Part shown: piece after piece, positions 57,961 through 64,000 of the stretch
Layout: each line of letters starts with the position of its first letter
Numbering within the stretch: the stretch's first letter is position 1
Origin: an uncultured Candidatus Saccharibacteria bacterium
GTDB taxonomy: Bacteria > Patescibacteriota > Minisyncoccia > Phycocordibacterales > UBA9973
Reading direction: 5' to 3'
Assembly: GCA_964484005.1 (NCBI GenBank)
Contig: CAZADR010000001.1
Coordinates: 135,819-199,818, forward strand
Length of the DNA stretch: 64,000 nucleotides
Translations under genes and position numbers: made by a program
Notes under the pieces: model-generated
Databases searched by the model: none
The model's input: only the letters and a program-made list of their open reading frames with translations
Told to the model about the DNA's origin: nothing

Positions 57961-57989
57961 TTCTTGCGGGGGGGGTTATATGTTAAAAT
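57961..57989 (+). promoter_or_regulatory. candidate promoter of the giant surface-protein gene, with a G8 homopolymer in the 17-nt spacer
   Basis: ttcttg (-35-like) at 57961, c-GGGGGGGG-ttatatgt, taaaat (-10) at 57984. The ATG is at 58023. Confidence 0.45.
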
Positions 57990-58022
57990 ATAAAGGCAAA
58001 GCAAGAGGCAAGAAAATAAATT

Positions 58023-61000
58023 ATGTTCAAGAAATTCTTTCTAAAAAAATTACTTATTTCAGGATTTTTTGTTTTCCTGCTTTTTGGTGTTTCTACTGCT
58101 TTTGCACAACAAATATCTATATTAGATTTATTCACTGCTTATAGAAATTATGTAGTCCAAGTTCCGACGCCTGAAAGGGTCGGAATCCCGACTTCAGAGA
58201 ACGTCGGGACTCCTCCCGTGGTAGTCATTGGTAATCAACCAGCTTCTGTCATCTACAGTCAAGGCCCTAGAGGTCCACAAGGAATCCAAGGCCTCACTGG
58301 CCCTACTGGGCCCCGTGGTCCATCTGGAAGTGATAGCTCCGGTGGAATCTCTCAAACTTTTTTTGATAATCAAGTAAATGCTATTCTAAACTCTATTGAA
58401 AATGGTTTATCCAATTTATCTAGTTCCATCTCTGAAAGTATCTCTACTGATTTACTCACAGTTTCAGGCAATACCACCGTCGGAGGCAATCTTACGGTAA
58501 CTGGCAACATCACAGGCAATGTCATCGGTACTATCAATCCTTCCTTTACCCTAGGTTCCATTCCTTTTCAAGGAGCCACTGGACTTGACGAAGACAATGC
58601 TAATTTATTTTGGGATGATACGAACAAGAGGTTGGGAATTGGTACGGCGACGCCGGCGAACCTTCTAGATCTCTATGGGCCAGTTACTGGAAGAGCACAG
58701 ATTCTTTTAAGAAATATAAATCCAAGCAACAGAGCACAGCTTGCTGTGCAGAACGATACAGGAAATAGTTTTATTGCACTTGAGTCTCATGGTAGTACTG
58801 AAGTCGGTACTATCTTTGGTAGCTTACAATTGGCTAATTCTATTTGGTTAAAAGGTCAAGTTGTAGATGTAAATGGTGTCATGGCTTTTGGTACTGCTAA
58901 TGGCATACCACTGGTTTTTGGAACTACTAATTTAGAACGCATGAGAATTACATCTGCCGGCAATGTTGGTATTGGGACGACGACGCCGGGTGGTATTCTT
59001 CATATTTTAAAAACAACTGGTTCTGCTATAATTGATCCCAAAATAACCTTGGATAATTTGTTCGATGGTGCTGGCACTGGTTCATCTTTAGATTTTTATC
59101 ACTATAGTGGTAGCACTCGTACTGCATCGGGTCGGCTGGGTTTCAAACGTTGGGCCTCGGGAGGGAATTTCGGTGAATTTTTCTTGGATATTGGCAGCAA
59201 TGGCACATTCGCTAATGTTGTAACAGCTGATGTAAATGGTAATTTTAATGTTCCCACCCTGAACACATCAAGTGGTGGAGTAAACTCTTCCAAAAATGAT
59301 GCAACAACGGATACCGTAGTAGATTTGTTAACTCTTACAAAAACCACGTCTGGTACGCCCGCCGCGGGACTCGGAAGTGCAATTCTCTTTAAGGGGGAAG
59401 TGAGCAACGGCCTAAGTTCTAATATGGCTCGCATCTCATCGGCGTGGATAAGTACTACTGCAGGCGTACCCAGTTCTTATCTTACATTTAGCACTTCAAA
59501 CTCTGGCACTGTTGCAGAAAAAGTCAGAATCGATAATGCCGGCAACGTCGGGATTGGGACGACGGGGCCAGACACCAAACTTTCTGTCGTAGGGAGTGTC
59601 ACTGTCAGTTCAAATCTTTTAATTGCCCCCACCGCCGCAACGACATTCACTTTAAGTTCTGATCCTATAAGAGTTCCAACAATTCCAGTTGCAGTATTTC
59701 AACCGACTAGTTCATTGACGGAAACTCGTTCAGCTATTCTTGATCTAATGCCTACATCGATAGATGGCAATCGTGCTGATAATCGTTTAGGTACAGGGGA
59801 ATCATGGATTGACTTAGTCGATAGGGATCTTCGCAATTCAGCAGACCCAAGCAGTTGGGCAGTTGGAAGAATGTCTATGTCTGCAGGTTCTGGTGGTCCT
59901 GGAACTAAGGGTGTATTTCAAGTTGGAGGTATTAAGAGTGGTACAGCTATTCAGCCACAACTAACTTTGACTGGAAATCAAATATGGTTTGACCCAGGAA
60001 CTTCTGGAGGATTCATGTGGGATGGGGACTTTTATTGGGGGTCTAGTTCATCTTTGTTGACTTACGGTAGCAGTCTTCTCAAAGCTAATGGAAATATATT
60101 AACCGCAGGTTCCGTCGGCATCGGGACGACGAGTCCGGGAAATCAATTAGATATTACAAATGGTTCAGGGTCTACCCAAATAAATGGCTCAGGTATTACA
60201 CAACTTAGAACAGCGGGAGAATCCATAACTGTTTCTGGTGGTATAAATATTACTTCTGCTGCAGGTATCGCTTTAACTGCACAAACTGGTCCATCACCTA
60301 GAATTAGATTTTTAACTAACTTTGGTGGTGCTGGGATTGAAAGAATGAGAATTGATGAAAACGGCAAAGTCGGGATAGGGACGGCGACGCCAAGAACTTT
60401 ATTAGAACTTGGCGGTGATGGAGCTATTTTAGCAACTGGAACCTTAAGTTTTGGTTGGACAGAACCAAACCTTGGCGCGGGAGTAAGAATGATGTGGTAT
60501 CCAAGAAAAGCGGCGTTTAGAGCTGGAAGACAAACTTTAACAGACTGGGATGATGCAAATATTGGTTATTATTCAACAGCATTTGGAAATACGACAAAAG
60601 CCAGTGGTCAGGGTTCCTTCGTAGTAGGACAAAGCACAATCGCCAGTGGTACTAATTCCACCGCAATGGGAAATACCACAACAGCCAGCGGTAGTGCTTC
60701 CACCGCAATGGGAGATGGCACAATCGCCAGTGGTGCTCAATCCACCGCGATGGGAATTTATACAACAGCCAGTGGTAGCTATTCCACCGCGATGGGAATT
60801 TATACAACAGCCAGTGGTGATATGTCCACCGCAATGGGCTATTTCACAACTGCGGCAAGCTACTTGTCGGTTGCGTTAGGTACATATAATGTCGGCGGAG
60901 GAACAGCCGCAAGCTGGGTAGCCACAGACCCATTATTTGAAATTGGAATAGGGACAGGCGCGGGAGCTAAAGCAAACGCCTTAACTGTATTAAAAAATGG

Positions 61001-62156
61001 AAGTGTCGGAGTTCAGACAGCGACCCCCACCGCCAACCTCCAAGTCGCTCAAGGCACAGCAGGTGCAGGCACAGTTTCAACTCCTGGAAGTTCTACTACT
61101 TTAACTGGTGTAGGAACACAATTTACAAATACATTTAAGGTTGGTGATACACTTACAGTAACAGGAGAAACCAGCAGAACTATTGCCACCATTACCAGTG
61201 ATACAGTCTTGGATGTTACGGTTGCTTTTTCAGCCACTGCTCGTTCAGCAGTAATTTATACGCTAGCAGGCGGAACAAGATTTTCTGTATTGGGGAATGG
61301 GAATGTGGGGATTGGCAGAACAGCTCCTGCTTACGCTCTGGATGTCCTAGCCTCTGGCACAGGAGTCATCGCTCGCTTCAATAGCACCAATGCTACTGGT
61401 TGTACTCTCGCAGATGGAGGAACCATCACTTGTACTTCAGATGAAAGAATGAAAAAAAATATAGAAGATATCACTTATGGTTTAGATACTCTAAGAGGTT
61501 TAAGACCCGTATTATTCAACTGGAAATATGAAGATGATACAACATCTAAAAACCTAGGTTTCATCGCTCAAGAAGTGGAAGCTTTAGTGCCTAAACTAAT
61601 AGCCACTGATGAAAACGGCATGAAGTCTCTAAACACTACTGCCATGGTGCCTATTTTAACAAAAGCGATCCAAGAGATGGACTTACAGATTACTGAAATT
61701 TCTAATCTTGAAAAACCTAATACTTGGAGGGATAGTATTGTGGCTTGGTTTGCAAATGCAGAAAATAGTATCACTCGTATATTTACTGGAGAAGTTTGTC
61801 TCACAGAGGCAGGGCAGGAGACAGTATGTTTAAATCGCACAGAATTACAATCCCTGAAAGCGTTAATTTCCTCTCCTCCTTCCGGAGGAGGTGGCACTAT
61901 GACAACCCCAACCTGTACACTTCCGCAAGTATTGGTAAATAATGTTTGCACCGATCCAGCGCCTGTAGTTCCAACTTGTGTTCTCCCTCAAACTTTAGTA
62001 AATAATGTTTGTACAGACCCGGTAGTAGAACCACCGACTTGTATCGCTCCGCAAACTTTAGTAAACAATGTTTGTACGGATCCGACTCCTCCAGTGCCAG
62101 TTGTAGAGCCAATAGTAGAACCTGCCCCTGCGCCAATTTCTGAACCAGTAATTTAA
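58023..62156 (+). CDS. giant secreted surface protein (1377 aa) with a C-terminal Peptidase_S74 intramolecular-chaperone domain and three kinds of internal repeat
   Basis: The signal peptide is LLFGVSTAFAQQ. A collagen Gly-X-Y run is at nt 58262-58330. There are at least five GIGT(T/A)(T/S)P repeats. An adhesin-head-like (STAMGxxTTASGx)x6 block is present. The S74 motif TSDERMKKNIEDITYGLDTLRGLRPVLFNWK starts near nt 61438. There are three copies of a C-terminal Cys repeat PTC.LPQ.LVNNVCTDP. Confidence 0.8.
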   Translation: MFKKFFLKKLLISGFFVFLLFGVSTAFAQQISILDLFTAYRNYVVQVPTPERVGIPTSENVGTPPVVVIGNQPASVIYSQGPRGPQGIQGLTGPTGPRGPSGSDSSGGISQTFFDNQVNAILNSIENGLSNLSSSISESISTDLLTVSGNTTVGGNLTVTGNITGNVIGTINPSFTLGSIPFQGATGLDEDNANLFWDDTNKRLGIGTATPANLLDLYGPVTGRAQILLRNINPSNRAQLAVQNDTGNSFIALESHGSTEVGTIFGSLQLANSIWLKGQVVDVNGVMAFGTANGIPLVFGTTNLERMRITSAGNVGIGTTTPGGILHILKTTGSAIIDPKITLDNLFDGAGTGSSLDFYHYSGSTRTASGRLGFKRWASGGNFGEFFLDIGSNGTFANVVTADVNGNFNVPTLNTSSGGVNSSKNDATTDTVVDLLTLTKTTSGTPAAGLGSAILFKGEVSNGLSSNMARISSAWISTTAGVPSSYLTFSTSNSGTVAEKVRIDNAGNVGIGTTGPDTKLSVVGSVTVSSNLLIAPTAATTFTLSSDPIRVPTIPVAVFQPTSSLTETRSAILDLMPTSIDGNRADNRLGTGESWIDLVDRDLRNSADPSSWAVGRMSMSAGSGGPGTKGVFQVGGIKSGTAIQPQLTLTGNQIWFDPGTSGGFMWDGDFYWGSSSSLLTYGSSLLKANGNILTAGSVGIGTTSPGNQLDITNGSGSTQINGSGITQLRTAGESITVSGGINITSAAGIALTAQTGPSPRIRFLTNFGGAGIERMRIDENGKVGIGTATPRTLLELGGDGAILATGTLSFGWTEPNLGAGVRMMWYPRKAAFRAGRQTLTDWDDANIGYYSTAFGNTTKASGQGSFVVGQSTIASGTNSTAMGNTTTASGSASTAMGDGTIASGAQSTAMGIYTTASGSYSTAMGIYTTASGDMSTAMGYFTTAASYLSVALGTYNVGGGTAASWVATDPLFEIGIGTGAGAKANALTVLKNGSVGVQTATPTANLQVAQGTAGAGTVSTPGSSTTLTGVGTQFTNTFKVGDTLTVTGETSRTIATITSDTVLDVTVAFSATARSAVIYTLAGGTRFSVLGNGNVGIGRTAPAYALDVLASGTGVIARFNSTNATGCTLADGGTITCTSDERMKKNIEDITYGLDTLRGLRPVLFNWKYEDDTTSKNLGFIAQEVEALVPKLIATDENGMKSLNTTAMVPILTKAIQEMDLQITEISNLEKPNTWRDSIVAWFANAENSITRIFTGEVCLTEAGQETVCLNRTELQSLKALISSPPSGGGGTMTTPTCTLPQVLVNNVCTDPAPVVPTCVLPQTLVNNVCTDPVVEPPTCIAPQTLVNNVCTDPTPPVPVVEPIVEPAPAPISEPVI
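60657..60860 (+). repeat. about six tandem 30-bp repeats (tccaccgcaatggg...acaacagccagtggt...) inside the giant gene
   Basis: The repeated coding units are STAMGNTTTASGSA / STAMGDGTIASGAQ / STAMGIYTTASGSY / STAMGIYTTASGDM / STAMGYFTTAASY. Confidence 0.6.
61908..62087 (+). repeat. three tandem ~57-bp repeats at the 3' end of the giant gene (Cys-containing peptide repeats)
   Basis: ccaacctgtacacttccgcaagtattggtaaataatgtttgcaccgatcca... is repeated with small variations. Confidence 0.6.
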
Positions 62157-62401
62157 ATTTCTCCTATAATCTTTTTGAGCCAGTTTTCTATTCTTTTTAT
62201 TACTTTATGTAAATGGGGGTATTTTTCTGTGTGTTTATCTGCCCAAAGTTGAGCTTTTGGAAATCTGGAAAATAAAAGTAGAAATCCTACAGCCAGAAAA
62301 ATAATTCCTTGTAAAAAGGGAAGTACCAAGCCCAAAAGTCCAAAAATTATAAAAATAATACCAATAGATAAAACAAGAATTTTTTTCATTTTCTTTTTCA
62401 T
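62153..62401 (-). CDS. small inner-membrane protein (YbaN/DUF454-like)
   Basis: Two TM helices (GLLGLVLPFLQGIIFLAVGFLLLFSRFPKAQ), then a basic tail. Confidence 0.45.
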   Translation of the reverse strand: MKKKMKKILVLSIGIIFIIFGLLGLVLPFLQGIIFLAVGFLLLFSRFPKAQLWADKHTEKYPHLHKVIKRIENWLKKIIGEI

Positions 62402-62429
62402 TTATATATTAAATATATTTTAAAATATA

Positions 62430-62909
62430 TTATTCAAACAAGACTGGAATAGTGAGTGCATCGTCATGTTCAGGTAGGCCAGACGCATTGTCTTTTCTTA
62501 ATATTAGAGTACCAGATTTCATGCCTGCTGGTATTTCAAAATTGAGGGTGGTGGTAAAAGGTACAAATTCTTCTGTCATCCATTCTCCCTCTGCTGTGGC
62601 ATACCACTCGGCTATTTTTACTCCATTTACATCTTGTAGTTCGACGGGGAAGCTAGCTTCAAAATACCAGTTACCTCTCGCTTCCCCTTTTATCACGAGT
62701 GGGCTTTTTATAACTTCATTTGGCCTAGGTGTAGTAAGGCGAATAAGATTTGCTTTTTCCAATTCATTTCCCTGGTCTACTACTTTAACATCTTCTATGA
62801 TTTCTTCTTTAATTATTAACTTCCCTGTTTTTGTTTTAAAATAAAGTACAACAAAGACCAAACTAATAATAGTAATAATGATTATGATTATAGGTAATGT
62901 TTTTCTCAT
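62430..62909 (-). CDS. membrane-anchored Gmad2-type immunoglobulin-like domain protein
   Basis: An N-terminal TM is present, and SPLVIKGEARGNWYFEASFPVELQDVNGVKIAEWYATAEGEWMTEEFVPF matches the Gmad2 Ig-like pattern (from memory). Confidence 0.55.
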   Translation of the reverse strand: MRKTLPIIIIIITIISLVFVVLYFKTKTGKLIIKEEIIEDVKVVDQGNELEKANLIRLTTPRPNEVIKSPLVIKGEARGNWYFEASFPVELQDVNGVKIAEWYATAEGEWMTEEFVPFTTTLNFEIPAGMKSGTLILRKDNASGLPEHDDALTIPVLFE

Positions 62910-62952
62910 ATATTTATTTTACCACGAATAGACTTTTATGGTAAAATAAAGT

Positions 62953-64000
62953 ATGGAAGAAAAAATAAAGCTACAGACACCCTGGTTTTTTACACCTGAT
63001 GAAGTTATAAAAAGATTAGATACAAAAACTAGTGGGCTAACTGAAGAGGAGGCAAAAAAAAGATTAAAACATTTCGGCGAGAACGACTTTAAGAAAAAAA
63101 AGAATTTTAGTGTTCTAGAATTAGCGTTTAAGCAAATGAAAAGCCCCCTTATCTTTATTTTGGTGGGGGCAGCTTTTTTGACTGGGCTCTTGAAAGAATG
63201 GACCAACATGTATGTCATCATCGGAGCTATTTTATTAAATGCTGGATTGGGTCTTTATCGTGAATATCAAGCAGAAAATACCTTGGAGAAACTCGTCACC
63301 TATATCAAAGATCGTTCTCGGGTGATAAGAAATGGCAATGAGGAAGAGTTAGAGTCCACCTTATTAGTTCCAGGAGATATTATTAGATTGTCTTATGGCT
63401 CCAGGGTACCAGCCGACGCCAGATTGATTTCAATAAATAATTTTAAAGTAGATGAAGCAATACTCACGGGGGAGTCTGTTCCTGAGGCAAAAACTTTAGA
63501 AGTATTAGGAGAGTCCACCTTGATGGCTGACCGTACAAATATGGTCTACGCAGGTACCTTGGTGATAGAGGGTTTTGCCACTGCGGTAGTAACCGACACT
63601 GGAAACAAAACAGAGATAGGAAAGATTGCAGATATTGTATCTGGGGCTATCAGAGCTGTCACTCCTATTCAAAAAGGAATCAACCAGCTATCTTGGTATA
63701 TTTTTGTGCTTACAATGTTTATCATTGTGGGGATATTTATACTTGGAGTTTTTCGGGGAGAAGATATATTTCATATGTTGATATTGTCTGCGGCTGTCGC
63801 TGTCGGTGCTGTGCCTGAGGCTTTGCCGATAGCTCTCACTGTCATTCTATCCGTCGGAGCAGAGCGCATAGCTTCAAAAAAAGGAGTTGTGAGAAATCTT
63901 GGAGCAGCCGAAACACTTGGTTCAGCTACTTTGGTGATGACAGACAAGACAGGTACTCTCACTAAAGCACAGATGCAGCTCGTTGGAGTGCATACCTTTC
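62953..64000 (+). CDS. P-type cation-transporting ATPase (P2-like), 3' end beyond the window
   Basis: The ATG is at 62953. TGES is in the actuator domain and MTDKTGTLT is the phosphorylation motif. The ORF is open to the end of the window and is not in the ORF track because there is no stop. Confidence 0.85.
   Translation, partial: MEEKIKLQTPWFFTPDEVIKRLDTKTSGLTEEEAKKRLKHFGENDFKKKKNFSVLELAFKQMKSPLIFILVGAAFLTGLLKEWTNMYVIIGAILLNAGLGLYREYQAENTLEKLVTYIKDRSRVIRNGNEEELESTLLVPGDIIRLSYGSRVPADARLISINNFKVDEAILTGESVPEAKTLEVLGESTLMADRTNMVYAGTLVIEGFATAVVTDTGNKTEIGKIADIVSGAIRAVTPIQKGINQLSWYIFVLTMFIIVGIFILGVFRGEDIFHMLILSAAVAVGAVPEALPIALTVILSVGAERIASKKGVVRNLGAAETLGSATLVMTDKTGTLTKAQMQLVGVHTF

Noticed and set aside
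57944-58144. 66-aa ORF covering the G8 tract and the start of the giant gene
   Set aside because: It is out of frame with the giant gene, whose ATG at 58023 gives a canonical signal peptide. The ORF spans the promoter region.
62919-63221. 100-aa minus-strand ORF
   Set aside because: It is antisense to the well-supported P-type ATPase N-terminus (TGES and DKTGT motifs on the + strand).
1-64000. CRISPR arrays, transposases or IS elements, rRNA genes, integrase or phage structural genes
   Set aside because: I searched by eye for regularly spaced direct repeats and for DDE or HTH-transposase, tyrosine-integrase and capsid or terminase signatures and found none. The only repeats found are intragenic tandem repeats and the tRNA-Glu partial duplication.

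Overview
The window looks like a compact, AT-rich bacterial chromosome segment. GC is about one third judged by eye; it was not computed. Gene content and organisation suggest a small-genome Patescibacteria/CPR-like organism (inference). The support is shortened LeuS, ValS and YchF, many giant or unknown membrane proteins, and a giant surface protein with a Peptidase_S74 domain. The standard genetic code appears to be used, with TGA acting as a stop codon.

Reading left to right, the window contains:
- a MacAB-like efflux cluster (periplasmic adaptor, ABC ATPase, two FtsX permeases);
- a PAS histidine kinase with a stand-alone receiver;
- a 1053-aa polytopic membrane protein;
- ychF, gpmI, a SAM-dependent methyltransferase, a DUF1003-like protein and leuS;
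- an O-antigen-ligase/TPR membrane protein, murJ and an MsbA-like ABC exporter;
- asd, lysC and lepA;
- a putative glycerate-to-PEP module (2-hydroxyacid dehydrogenase, glycerate 2-kinase, eno, ppsA);
- a tRNA-rich stretch: tRNA-Gly(CCC), tRNA-Arg(CCT), tRNA-Phe(GAA), tRNA-Val(GAC), tRNA-Glu(TTC) plus a truncated tRNA-Glu copy, and tRNA-Ser(CGA);
- Hsp20, a PrsW-like protease, valS and tsaD;
- a tRNA-bounded islet carrying an HTH/LAGLIDADG-like ORF, a GlmU-N-terminal-like nucleotidyltransferase, a compositionally foreign GC3-rich gene and a GT4 glycosyltransferase;
- a kinase-fold protein, trxB, ftsZ, ftsA, ybeY, rpsU, greA and lysS;
- a second GC-elevated mini-gene, then mraZ, rsmH, an ftsL-like gene, ftsI and murF;
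- a MazF/Phd toxin-antitoxin pair beside a GIY-YIG protein;
- a 1377-aa secreted giant protein with collagen-like, adhesin-head-like and C-terminal cysteine repeats and an S74 intramolecular-chaperone domain;
- a partial P-type ATPase at the window end.

No CRISPR array, transposase or rRNA was seen.

The observations most worth follow-up are:
- the GC3-rich foreign gene (41556..42134) and its tRNA-flanked neighbourhood, which includes a tRNA-Glu fragment;
- the G8 tract in the -35/-10 spacer of the giant surface gene;
- the roughly 45-nt similarity between the ftsZ-ftsA intergenic hairpins and the giant gene's 5' coding region.
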